A stretch of DNA of 32,000 nucleotides from Ktedonobacterales bacterium (GCA_030167145.1 CP126532.1:180001-212000), one strand, 5' to 3'. Numbered from the stretch's first letter, positions 23,698 to 32,000 are shown. Numbers and translations are program-made. Notes: generated from the letters alone by a model not told the origin.

Positions 23698-23726
23698 ACT
23701 CTACGTTAGCCCGCCTGCTCTGTCAA
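23698..23726 (-). promoter_or_regulatory. Candidate sigma-70-type promoter TTGACA-N17-TAGAGT for the sigma/anti-sigma/GT array
   Basis: On the minus strand: ttgaca (23726-23721), a 17-nt spacer, then tagagt (23703-23698), 36 nt upstream of the TTG start. Consensus -35 and a TAnnnT -10. Confidence 0.45.
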
Positions 23727-23775
23727 CATCGTTGGCGCCTCTCAAATACGGTATCCACAACAATATCCAAGAAGG

Positions 23776-24645
23776 TCATGCGGAGGCAGCGACACTATAG
23801 GTCAGCCATGTTTCATGCCCTGAATCGCGCATCGCATGATACACAGTGGAAGCCTCGGCAAGATGACGAAACGGCGCGTAAAGCGTGGAGCCACTGCCAC
23901 TCACAAGCACATGTAGAGCGCCTGCGGCGTTCAACACATCCTTCACAGCTCTCACTTCCGCATACTGCCGCAATACTGCTGGCTCCAATGTATTTGTCAA
24001 CCGATCAAGCGACAGCTCGGCGCGCGCCTGAATCGCTGCGACTAGCGCCGTCGAATTCGTCCCATCGGTATAGTCCTCAGGCAGGAGCCGCCTGAACACC
24101 TCAACGGTTGGCACGGCGATGGCCGGTTTAACGAGCACAAACCATAGTGGCTCTGCATCAGGCAGCGGCGTAACTATTTCGCCACGGCCCTCAATCAATG
24201 CCGTCCCGCCAGTGAGAAAGAATGGCACATCCGAGCCGAGTTCAGCCGCGAGCGCCATCAGACGCACATGTGGCAGACGAAGGTTCCACAACGTATTCAG
24301 CGCGGTGAGTGCGGATGCGCCATCACTACTGCCACCACCAAGCCCTGCCTGGACTGGTATGTGCTTATTTAGTTCGATCTCGACACCCAGATCTTCCTGC
24401 TCTGCCGCCTTCCGCAAAAGATGCGCGGCCCTTACCACGAGATTATCCGCCGTGGAAAGTTCAGCCACATCGCAGGTAAATGTGATCTGGGCATCATCGC
24501 GTAAGCGGAGATTGAGAGCATCATGGAGCGCAATCGTCTGAAGCACAGAAGTAAGACGGTGATAGCCATCCCCGCGCTTGCCTAGCACATCAAGCGTCAA
24601 ATTGACTTTGGCATACGCCGCGACAAACACCGTATTTCCAACCAT
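23776..24645 (-). CDS. ispE: 4-diphosphocytidyl-2-C-methyl-D-erythritol kinase (MEP pathway)
   Basis: AYAKVNLTLDVLGKRGDGYH N-terminus and the GHMP kinase motif PVQAGLGGGSSDGASAL. ATG 24645 is preceded by AGGAGAAGG. The ORF-track extension to 24768 is rejected. Confidence 0.92.
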   Translation of the reverse strand: MVGNTVFVAAYAKVNLTLDVLGKRGDGYHRLTSVLQTIALHDALNLRLRDDAQITFTCDVAELSTADNLVVRAAHLLRKAAEQEDLGVEIELNKHIPVQAGLGGGSSDGASALTALNTLWNLRLPHVRLMALAAELGSDVPFFLTGGTALIEGRGEIVTPLPDAEPLWFVLVKPAIAVPTVEVFRRLLPEDYTDGTNSTALVAAIQARAELSLDRLTNTLEPAVLRQYAEVRAVKDVLNAAGALHVLVSGSGSTLYAPFRHLAEASTVYHAMRDSGHETWLTYSVAASA

Positions 24646-24883
24646 GCACAGCCTTCTCCTGGAGCCTCTAGAAATCTCGACGCACGGATTCTGGACAGTA
24701 ACTGAGGCGCCATTGCGCAGCCAACTCATTATACTGATGAAACGTCCGAAAAGCTTCATTGGCAGCACTTCTTCTCATAGTTCCCTGAATAACAAAGAAA
24801 TGAGGGTATCATCTGTCACAATAGAGGAGCATCGGCTCACGAGAGCATATCCAACACAGCAATATATCTGGAGCATTTGGAAC

Positions 24884-25606
24884 ATGTGGGTACTCGAATC
24901 TCTCTCCGGAACCTTACTCAATGCCCTCACCGTACTCATTGGCGGCTTGATGGGGGTGTTTCTCGGTGAAAGGCTGCCAAAGCGCATCCACGACAGCCTA
25001 TTTGGCGTGCTCGGCCTCTTCACCATCCTGATCGGATTGCTCGATGCATTCACAACGAAAAGTCCGCTCGTGCTGCTTGGCTCACTTCTGCTCGGCACGT
25101 TGATTGGTGAGTGGCTCAACCTGGAAGACCAACTCAACCGCTTTGGTGACACCATACAGCGCAAGCTCGCACGACCTGGCTCTACCGTGAGTGAGGCATT
25201 CGTAACGTCAACGCTCGTCTTTTGTATAGGGCCACTGTCAATCTTGGGCGCCTTAGATAACGGACTGAGCGGCGACATCACCAAACTCGCCATCAAGGCG
25301 GTGCTCGATGGCTTCGCGGCGCTTGCATTCAGCGCAGCCCTCGGCTGGGGAGTTTTGCTCTCAGTCTTCGTCATCCTAGCATATCAAGGTACCATCAGCC
25401 TATGCGCAGGAATACTCGCGCCCATACTTCACAGCAACCCAGCGACAATCACAGAACTCACGGCAACAGGCGGGCTAATCTTGGTAGCCATCGGCCTGAA
25501 GCTTCTAAAAATACGTGATCTGCGTGTCGCCAACCTCATTCCCGCTCTCGCACTCGCCCCAGCCATCGTGACTTTGCTTTCAGTTGCGTCAAATCTCCTC
25601 CGCTAG
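24884..25606 (+). CDS. DUF554-family integral membrane protein
   Basis: GTLLNALTVLIGGLMGVFLGERLP start and repeated glycine-rich TM pattern typical of DUF554 (YdfK/YqgA-like). ATG 24884 chosen; the upstream part of the ORF overlaps the ispE region on the other strand. Confidence 0.7.
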   Translation: MWVLESLSGTLLNALTVLIGGLMGVFLGERLPKRIHDSLFGVLGLFTILIGLLDAFTTKSPLVLLGSLLLGTLIGEWLNLEDQLNRFGDTIQRKLARPGSTVSEAFVTSTLVFCIGPLSILGALDNGLSGDITKLAIKAVLDGFAALAFSAALGWGVLLSVFVILAYQGTISLCAGILAPILHSNPATITELTATGGLILVAIGLKLLKIRDLRVANLIPALALAPAIVTLLSVASNLLR

Positions 25607-25687
25607 ATAGCTCCTGATCGCTTCGTCATCTTGTGAATCAATTGTCGCCTCACCTACAGCCCATCACCAGCCTCGATGTGTCCGAGC

Positions 25688-26044
25688 TTATGGGTCAATA
25701 AATGTGGGCACCGGTGTTGCGGTCTGTATTGGCGTAGGGGTAGGCGCGGGGTGGGTCGGTGTCGGCTTTGGCGTGTCGGTTGGCGCCACACCACCGCCAC
25801 CATGGCCACCATAGCCACCTGTAGCAGTAGGAGCGGGTTTAGATTTTGTCGCGGTTCCAGTGGGAGGCATTGGAACAGTGGCTGCGAATGTGCTGGTCGG
25901 CACAGGCGGCGGAGTGCTGCTTCGTCTCGTCTGGGAGGAACCTGTGGCCACAACGATGATCGTCGCCACTGCGACCACAACATTCAGCAGTAGCAACAGC
26001 AACCTATCGCGGGGAATCGGCGGACGTTGCGGCGGCGGTAACAT
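25688..26044 (-). CDS. Small Pro/Thr-rich membrane-anchored protein (hypothetical)
   Basis: N-terminal basic segment plus TM (LLLLLLNVVVAVATIIVVA), then a P/T/G-rich low-complexity ectodomain (GGYGGHGGGG, PTPTHPAPTPTP). Three ORFs overlap here; this is the only one with a protein-like architecture. Confidence 0.45.
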   Translation of the reverse strand: MLPPPQRPPIPRDRLLLLLLNVVVAVATIIVVATGSSQTRRSSTPPPVPTSTFAATVPMPPTGTATKSKPAPTATGGYGGHGGGGVAPTDTPKPTPTHPAPTPTPIQTATPVPTFIDP

Positions 26045-26449
26045 AGAGCACCATCACCCTCTAAACAGAATCTCCAAATTAACATGCAGTGTGAAGATGC
26101 TCACCTAGTTTGTCAATACAGACCACTCAATGTGCTATAGCCTGTCACTTCCACGATTCTTCCGTAACTGCGCCGCTGCGTTTCGCGACTGACACTCATT
26201 CACACATGGCATTCGGCCACCGGCTCGACCATTGTCGTTGCTCATCGCAGTTACCAGGTTATCATCCGGCACACAGACGATATTCATCTAGGCACATTCT
26301 TCTGAAACCTGCGAATATAGTGAAAGTCATGGCATCACGGATGATCGCGCACTCTGTAACGCTTTTCGTAACGTCTGCGAGACGCTCTACCTGTACATTA
26401 ACAAAGGAAAGACCATCATATCGTCATCGCGGTGAGAGGCAGAACGCAT

Positions 26450-28108
26450 ATGACCGCATTTCTAAGTAGCATCCAACGACTGCGCCGTATCGGGCCGCGC
26501 AGCCGAAAGCCTGAAGCATCTCGCAATACTGTGCGCAAAGAAGACTGGAATGCCACACCATCGCCGATCACCATCGCACCTGATGACCCGATTGTGGCGT
26601 ATTTTCTCAGCATGCCTGGAGCCATAGAAATCGCGAAGCTCCATCTGGATTCGCCAGCCCTGCGCGACCTGAAGTCCGCGGGCGTTACGATAACGATCCC
26701 CTTGGTGAGCCAGGGCGAGTTGGTCGGCCTGCTCAATCTCGGACCACGCCTCAGCCAGCAAGAGTATTCAACCGACGACCGGCGACTGCTCAATACACTG
26801 GCCACCCAGGCAGCTCCTGCCGTTCGCGTGGCCCAGATGGTGCGCCAGCAGCGCGTCGAGGCACGTGAGCGCGAGCGAATCGAGCAAGAACTGCGAATTG
26901 CCCGCCTCATCCAACAAACGCTGCTGCCAAAGGAGCTTCCATCTGTACAGGGTTGGCAGTTCGCCGCATATTATCAACCTGCCCGTGCGGTTGGCGGTGA
27001 CTTCTACGACTTCCTTTACTTCGATGACGGACGCCTCGGCATCGTGATCGGCGACGTCACCGACAAAGGTGTGCCAGCCGCGCTTGTGATGGCGACCACC
27101 AGAAGTATCTTGCGCACTGCGGCGCAGGCCGGAGATACCCCTGGTATCGTGCTAGAGCAAGCCAATAATCTGCTCTGCCCCGACATCCCGCCCAAAATGT
27201 TCGTCACCTGCCTCTACGCCATTCTCGATCCGCGTACCGGACGAATCCACTACGCCAACGCAGGTCATGACTTGCCGTACCAACGGCACAGCGAAGGAGC
27301 GAGCGTACTCCGGGCGACAGGCATGCCGCTCGGCCTCATGCCCGGCATGCGCTACGAAGAGAAAGAAACCTACCTGAAAGAGGGGGACAGCGTGCTTTTC
27401 TACAGCGATGGACTGATCGAAGCGCATAATCCCGCGCGCGACATGTTTGGCTTTCCGCGTTTGATGACACTGATGAGCGACTCTGCCGATAGCGTACCAT
27501 TGATCGAGCGTATGCTGAATGAGCTGGCAAGCTTCACCGGATCGGACTGGGAACAAGAGGACGACGTAACGCTCGTAGCCTTACAGCGTAAGGTTGCGCC
27601 AGAGAACAAGGCAACACCCAGCAAGCTGCCTGAAGCAAGTGATAATACTTCCAACGATGGCTGGCATACACTCGAATCCTTCGATCTGCCCAGTGAACCG
27701 GGCAACGAACGCCAGGCTATGCGGAAAGTCGGCGATGCGCTCCAGCATCTCGATCTCTCCCCAAAGCGCATCGAGCAACTCAAAACAGCCGTCGCCGAGG
27801 CCACGATGAACGCCATGGAGCATGGCAACCATTATCAAACCGACTTGCCAGTACAAATTCGCGTGCTGGCCTCAGAAACCTGCGTTGCCGTCCGCATCTC
27901 TGACCGAGGGCAAAACGCAGACATCCCCGATCCCCAGACACCCAATCTAGAGGCAAAGCTCTCCGAGCTTCAGACGCCACGCGGCTGGGGATTATTCCTC
28001 ATCAAGAATCTAGTTGACGACATGCGCGTCACCACCGACCAGAACCACCACATTGTTGAACTCATCATCTCGCGCGAAGGAGATTCACATGCCAGCCAGA
28101 ACGCTTGA
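26450..28108 (+). CDS. Fusion protein: GAF-like sensor, PP2C (SpoIIE/RsbU-type) Ser phosphatase, RsbW-like HATPase anti-sigma kinase domain
   Basis: GAF C-terminal pattern (PLVSQGELVGLLNLGPR...DDRRLL). A coiled linker and PP2C motifs (AVGGDFYDF, GIVIGDVTDKGVPAAL, YANAGH, FYSDGL, DDVTLV). C-terminal N-box EATMNAMEHGN and the G-box-like DRGQ...RGWGLFLI. Confidence 0.85.
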   Translation: MTAFLSSIQRLRRIGPRSRKPEASRNTVRKEDWNATPSPITIAPDDPIVAYFLSMPGAIEIAKLHLDSPALRDLKSAGVTITIPLVSQGELVGLLNLGPRLSQQEYSTDDRRLLNTLATQAAPAVRVAQMVRQQRVEARERERIEQELRIARLIQQTLLPKELPSVQGWQFAAYYQPARAVGGDFYDFLYFDDGRLGIVIGDVTDKGVPAALVMATTRSILRTAAQAGDTPGIVLEQANNLLCPDIPPKMFVTCLYAILDPRTGRIHYANAGHDLPYQRHSEGASVLRATGMPLGLMPGMRYEEKETYLKEGDSVLFYSDGLIEAHNPARDMFGFPRLMTLMSDSADSVPLIERMLNELASFTGSDWEQEDDVTLVALQRKVAPENKATPSKLPEASDNTSNDGWHTLESFDLPSEPGNERQAMRKVGDALQHLDLSPKRIEQLKTAVAEATMNAMEHGNHYQTDLPVQIRVLASETCVAVRISDRGQNADIPDPQTPNLEAKLSELQTPRGWGLFLIKNLVDDMRVTTDQNHHIVELIISREGDSHASQNA

Positions 28109-28457
28109 GGCGCACATTCGCCACCACCAGCCTCGCGTCACGGTCATCGAGCTACACGGCGAAGTCAATGCCTTCGCCGAAGAGACACTCAACACAGCGT
28201 ACGGCGAGGCCGAGGGTCAGAATCCCGAAGTCATTCTGCTCAATTTCAGCGATGTGGACTACATCAACAGCACTGGCATCGCGCTTATCGTGAGCCTGCT
28301 CGCCCGTGCGCGCAAGTCGCATCGTCAGCTCCTCTCCTGCGGGTTAAGCGAGCACTACGTGGAGATTTTCAACATCACGAGGCTCGCCGACTTCATGAGC
28401 GTCTATCCCGATGAAACCAGCGCATTAGCTGATGCTGCCAAAGACACCACACACTAG
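28089..28457 (+). CDS. STAS-domain anti-sigma-factor antagonist (RsbV/SpoIIAA-like) 1
   Basis: Conserved phosphorylatable Ser context DYINSTGIALIV (Ser codon 28269-28271) and NITRL motif. ATG 28089 overlaps the end of the upstream gene by 20 nt. Confidence 0.85.
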   Translation: MPARTLEAHIRHHQPRVTVIELHGEVNAFAEETLNTAYGEAEGQNPEVILLNFSDVDYINSTGIALIVSLLARARKSHRQLLSCGLSEHYVEIFNITRLADFMSVYPDETSALADAAKDTTH

Positions 28458-28472
28458 AATGGAGGACCGGAC

Positions 28473-28835
28473 ATGTCGCAACCCAACGTCGTGATGAGCG
28501 TTCGCCATGTTGATGCGAAGATCAGCATTATTGACATTCAGGGCGACATCACAGCATTAGCCGAAAATGCGCTCATGGAAGCAATAAGTCAGGCAAACAT
28601 GCCTTCCGTCCGCGCAATCATCCTCAATTTTGGCGGACTGGAATTCATGAATAGCGGCGGCATTGGTTTGCTCGTCACACTTCTCATCCGCATGAATCGC
28701 CAGAAACAGCATTTGCTCGCCTATGGGCTGAGCGAGCACTACAAACACATATTCGAGCTGACGCGCCTGAACGAAGTCATTGGCGTGTACGACACCGAGG
28801 TCGGCGCAGTGGCAGCCGCGGCACGATTGACATAG
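28473..28835 (+). CDS. STAS-domain anti-sigma-factor antagonist (RsbV/SpoIIAA-like) 2
   Basis: EFMNSGGIGLLV Ser motif and LTRL motif; a paralog of the preceding gene (shared LSEHY...IFE/NITRL). RBS GGAGGA. Confidence 0.85.
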   Translation: MSQPNVVMSVRHVDAKISIIDIQGDITALAENALMEAISQANMPSVRAIILNFGGLEFMNSGGIGLLVTLLIRMNRQKQHLLAYGLSEHYKHIFELTRLNEVIGVYDTEVGAVAAAARLT

Positions 28836-28875
28836 TCGCGACGCCATCGCACATAGCGAAGAGAGGATCGTCATC

Positions 28876-29613
28876 ATGACAACCCCGTCTACCCCCTCCG
28901 GCGACATGCAGCCACGCGACGCTACATATTGGGCACAGCAGGGGACAAATCTCAAGCTCTCCGACGTACCAGCAGGTGCAATCAACCTCAATGTGGAAGG
29001 TCGCAGCGTCGTTGGCCCACTACAAGGCTTCGGCAAAATGTGGCAGAAGACCTATCGGGTACGCCTGGTTGACGCATTGGTGCAGCCAACGGAAGTCATC
29101 GCAACCTGGAAAGAGAATTTCCAGTCATTCTGGCCAAAGGGCAATCGCTTCTACGCACCACTCACCGGCATCACGCCGGGAGAAGTCGCACTGCTCAACC
29201 TCAAAACTGGCGGTATGCCACTTTCAACCGGCGTGCTTGTGCTGTACGCTGACGACGAATCGTTTACTTTGATGACACCACAAGGCCACATGTTTGCTGG
29301 CTGGATCACCTTTAGCGCCTACGTGGACGACGGCGCCACCGTCGCCCAAGCACAGGTGCTCATGCGCGCCAACGACCCAATTTATGAGATGGGACTCACC
29401 ATGGGTGGTCACAAACAGGAAGACAAATTCTGGGAACATACGCTCAAGTCGCTCGCGGCTCGATTTGGCGTTCTGGCTCCCGTACAAATTCAGGCCGTCT
29501 GTGTAGATCCGAAGCGCAAGTGGGCGCATGCGAAAAACATTCGTCACAACGCCGCTATGCGTACCGTCCTCTCCGCCCCCTCACGCTGGTTCCATCGCGG
29601 GCGGAAGCAATAG
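28876..29613 (+). CDS. Conserved hypothetical protein (possibly DUF1990-like; assignment uncertain)
   Basis: No TM or signal. The pattern FTLMTPQGHMFAGWITFSAYVDDGATVAQAQVLMRANDP is reminiscent of DUF1990 (T..GH..G...F), but I cannot confirm it. RBS GAGAGGA. Confidence 0.55.
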   Translation: MTTPSTPSGDMQPRDATYWAQQGTNLKLSDVPAGAINLNVEGRSVVGPLQGFGKMWQKTYRVRLVDALVQPTEVIATWKENFQSFWPKGNRFYAPLTGITPGEVALLNLKTGGMPLSTGVLVLYADDESFTLMTPQGHMFAGWITFSAYVDDGATVAQAQVLMRANDPIYEMGLTMGGHKQEDKFWEHTLKSLAARFGVLAPVQIQAVCVDPKRKWAHAKNIRHNAAMRTVLSAPSRWFHRGRKQ

Positions 29614-29627
29614 AAACTCATCCACGT

Positions 29628-31082
29628 ATGACATTACCTACACATATTACCTACGATGCAGTCGTCGTAGGCGCCGGGCCTAACGGCCTTGCCGCCGCGA
29701 TTACCATGGCGCAGGCAGGCCACTCTGTCATCGTGTATGAGGCTGCCGACAAAATCGGCGGCGGCTCACGCACGAGTGAACTCACCTTGCCCGGATTCCT
29801 GCACGATGTCTGCTCCGCAATTCATCCCCTTGGCATCGGCTCACCATTCTTCCGTACACTCCCGTTGGAGCAATACGGTGTTGAGTGGATTCACCCGCCT
29901 GCACCACTTGCCCACCCATTGCCTAACGGCAGTGCCGTCGTCCTTGAGCGTTCCATCGCAGCGACGGGCGAGAACCTTGGAGACGACGCGGAGGCGTGGC
30001 AACGCCTATTTGGCCCAATCTGCAGCCATTGGGACGCCATAGCCGAAGGCATCCTTGCTCCTTTTCGACCCCTGTACCAGGCACGCCATCCTTTTACATC
30101 GCTAGATATGGCGCGCTTCGGCCTCTCGGCGATCCAGTCAGCAAAGGGACTTGCCGAACGCAGATTTCAAGGTGCGCGTGCGCGCGCCGTCTTCGCGGGT
30201 ATGGCCGCGCACTCCATGCTTCCCCTCGAACAGCCTCTCAGCGCTGCTGCGGGATTAGTGCTCGGCTCACTCGCGCATGCCGTCGGCTGGCCCATACCCA
30301 GAGGCGGCTCGCAGACCATTGTAGATGCGCTCGCCGCGTACCTACGCTCACTTGGTGGTGAGATTGTAACCGGAGCCGAGATCAAGTACCTGGACGAATT
30401 GCCATCCGCGCACGCGGTTTTCTGTGACGTAACGCCACGACAATTGCTAAACATCGCGAAGGGCAAGCTTCCAGAGAGCTATGCTGCCGCGCTTCAGCGC
30501 TACCGCTATGGGCCAGGCGTCTTCAAGCTCGACCTCGCACTGGATGGCCCGATCCCGTGGACGGCTCCGGAATGCGCCAAGGCGGGAACAATCCATGTCG
30601 GCGGCGTACTGGAAGACATCGCATCCAGCGAACGCAGTGTATGGCGCAACCTACCCAGTGAACAGCCGTTCGTGTTGATCGCCCAGCAAAGCCTCTTCGA
30701 TCCCACGCGAGCGCCCGCAGGGAAACACACCGTCTGGGCCTACTGCCACGTGCCCAATGGGCATGAAGTAGACATGACGGAACGCATTGAGGCGCAAATC
30801 GAACGCTTCGCTCCAGGATTTCGCGACCGTATCATTGCCCGACACAGCTACAACGCTTGCCAAATGGAGCGCTACAACGCGAATTACGTTGGCGGCGACA
30901 TCAATGGCGGCGTGCAAGATATGTGGCAGCACTTCACCCGGCCAACAGTCCGTCCTGATCCGTATTCGACCCCGGTGAAGGGCCTATACATCTGTTCATC
31001 CTCCACACCACCGGGCGGCGGCGTGCATGGCATGTGCGGCTACTTTGCCGCGCAGTCAGCGCTACGCCATGATTTTGCGTGA
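29628..31082 (+). CDS. FAD/NAD(P)-dependent oxidoreductase, phytoene desaturase (CrtI)-like family
   Basis: Rossmann dinucleotide motif YDAVVVGAGPNGLAAAITMAQAGHSVIVYEAADKIGGG, a C-terminal GGGVHG-type motif (STPPGGGVHGMCG), and length of about 485 aa. Confidence 0.8.
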   Translation: MTLPTHITYDAVVVGAGPNGLAAAITMAQAGHSVIVYEAADKIGGGSRTSELTLPGFLHDVCSAIHPLGIGSPFFRTLPLEQYGVEWIHPPAPLAHPLPNGSAVVLERSIAATGENLGDDAEAWQRLFGPICSHWDAIAEGILAPFRPLYQARHPFTSLDMARFGLSAIQSAKGLAERRFQGARARAVFAGMAAHSMLPLEQPLSAAAGLVLGSLAHAVGWPIPRGGSQTIVDALAAYLRSLGGEIVTGAEIKYLDELPSAHAVFCDVTPRQLLNIAKGKLPESYAAALQRYRYGPGVFKLDLALDGPIPWTAPECAKAGTIHVGGVLEDIASSERSVWRNLPSEQPFVLIAQQSLFDPTRAPAGKHTVWAYCHVPNGHEVDMTERIEAQIERFAPGFRDRIIARHSYNACQMERYNANYVGGDINGGVQDMWQHFTRPTVRPDPYSTPVKGLYICSSSTPPGGGVHGMCGYFAAQSALRHDFA

Positions 31083-31183
31083 TAAAGCACAGAGGCAGCG
31101 CATGTTTGTCCAGCCAGTGCGGGTACCGCATGCAAACTGAAGTCGTTGGCATAGCACGACAGCCAACCCTGATGTTCGTCTGC

Positions 31184-32000
31184 TCACCACTCCGCCAACT
31201 TCCAAATCTCTGGTTGGACACTGCCCGCCTCAACACCGATTTCAGCATAGATCGCCACGGACTGTTTTAGATGAGCGAAAGCGGCTTCCGGCTGCCCTGC
31301 GCCATGCAGCAGATCTGCCATGTTGTTGTGCAGTGCAGCCTCATGATGGCGATCTCCTTGCGCCACACACAGCGCCAGCGCCTCCGCCGCTGCGTCGAGC
31401 GCATTCCCTACCTCACCACGAGCGCCCAATACCAGCGCCAGATTATTGAGCGCGGAAGCACGCACTCCCATATCGTTCAATCGCCCCGCCAGAGTCAAAC
31501 TTTGCTCAAAATGATAAACGGCGTCGTCCAGATTTCCTCTCCCGCTGGCCAGGATTCCCAAAATATTGTGGGCTTGAGCGAGCGCCTGCACCTCATCGTC
31601 CTTCGTGGCGAGTTCCATTGCTTGCTGTGCGTATATCTGCGCCCGGTCAACTGCATTCTGACGATGGGCAATCAGGCTCCAATCCGCAAAGATACGTGCG
31701 CGCTCGCCTCCAGCCTCGGCTACATCAAGAGACTGAAGCGCCGCCTCTAAATGGCTTCCTGCAAGATCCAGTTCGCCACGGCGCGCATACACATTGCCCA
31801 CTTTGTGTTCCACGCGCGCACGCTCACACGAGTCTGCCAGTTCAATGGCCAGCTCATAACTCTTCAGCGCTGCCATATATGCGCCCAAGAGCGTCTGCAA
31901 ATCACCGATAGCCTCGTGAAGTTTGCCTACATCAGCATGACCCAATCCACGCGCCATCTCAAAATGCGCCAGAGCCTCCGCGTTTGCGTACAGTGCGCGC
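31184..32000 (-). CDS. TPR-repeat protein, C-terminal part (gene continues beyond the window edge)
   Basis: Repeated 34-aa A..Y...A......G....A pattern through the whole ORF. The reading frame stays open from 31958 to the window end, so the listed Met is not the true start. Confidence 0.75.
   Translation of the reverse strand, partial: RALYANAEALAHFEMARGLGHADVGKLHEAIGDLQTLLGAYMAALKSYELAIELADSCERARVEHKVGNVYARRGELDLAGSHLEAALQSLDVAEAGGERARIFADWSLIAHRQNAVDRAQIYAQQAMELATKDDEVQALAQAHNILGILASGRGNLDDAVYHFEQSLTLAGRLNDMGVRASALNNLALVLGARGEVGNALDAAAEALALCVAQGDRHHEAALHNNMADLLHGAGQPEAAFAHLKQSVAIYAEIGVEAGSVQPEIWKLAEW

Noticed and set aside
25737-25760. G-runs (gggg..gggg.ggg..gg) suggestive of a G-quadruplex.
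   Set aside because: There are only three runs of three or more G, so it does not satisfy a four-tract G4 motif. It is the antisense image of the Pro/Thr codons.
25654-25993. Two alternative ORFs (25654-25983 minus, 25676-25993 plus) overlapping the Pro/Thr-rich membrane protein gene.
   Set aside because: The translations are Arg/Cys/Trp-rich without a TM or signal. The 25688-26044 frame is the only one with a coherent architecture (anchor plus low-complexity ectodomain), and even that call is only moderate confidence.
26110-26469. 119-aa plus-strand ORF filling the long intergenic region upstream of the PP2C gene.
   Set aside because: It has a TTG start inside a putative -35 element and a His/Arg/Ser/Cys-rich composition with no hydrophobic core pattern. 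It also overlaps the real start of the downstream gene.
31083-31183. Possible bidirectional terminator between the convergent flavoenzyme and TPR genes (tgcgg-gta-ccgca hairpin near 31118-31130).
   Set aside because: The stem is only 5 bp with a 3-nt loop and has no flanking T/A tracts, so it is not strong enough to annotate.

Overview
GC-rich bacterial chromosomal window (about 55-60% GC by eye), densely coding. I found no tRNA, rRNA, CRISPR array, transposase or integrase. All calls come from motif recognition in the supplied translations plus start-codon and RBS inspection; nothing was checked by database search.

Layout:
(1) 1-15.7 kb, plus strand: an aerobic-respiration supercluster. It holds ctaB, a SCO1-type copper chaperone, and caa3-type oxidase subunits II and I. 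Next come a TlpA/CcmG-like thioredoxin, ccdA and a CopD-like membrane protein. A complete System I cytochrome c maturation set follows in the order ccmE-F-H ... ccmA-B-C-D, then a CtaF-like small subunit and ctaE.
(2) 15.7-18.3 kb, plus strand: a zinc-ribbon membrane protein, a DUF3054-like protein, and a small protein translationally coupled to an uncharacterised radical SAM enzyme.
(3) 18.3-23.7 kb, minus strand: ECF sigma, anti-sigma, GT4, GT9, GT9 as a tight co-directional array.
(4) 23.8-26.0 kb: ispE, a DUF554 protein and a Pro/Thr-rich membrane protein.
(5) 26.4-31.1 kb, plus strand: a partner-switching module (a GAF-PP2C-HATPase fusion plus two STAS proteins), an unknown protein and a CrtI-like flavoenzyme.
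(6) 31.2 kb to the window edge, minus strand: a truncated TPR protein.

Most noteworthy is the ccm operon. CcmE has Cys/Phe (LLAKCPSKF) where the canonical heme-binding His/Tyr sit, yet a CcmH is still present. Two uncharacterised membrane proteins are spliced into the operon by 4-bp overlaps, in the slot where a TPR CcmI would normally be. One of them ends in a tail built from perfect 19-27 bp DNA repeats (KSAESAT).

Secondary candidates are the small-protein/radical-SAM pair, the sigma-linked glycosyltransferase array and the fused phosphatase-kinase partner-switching locus.
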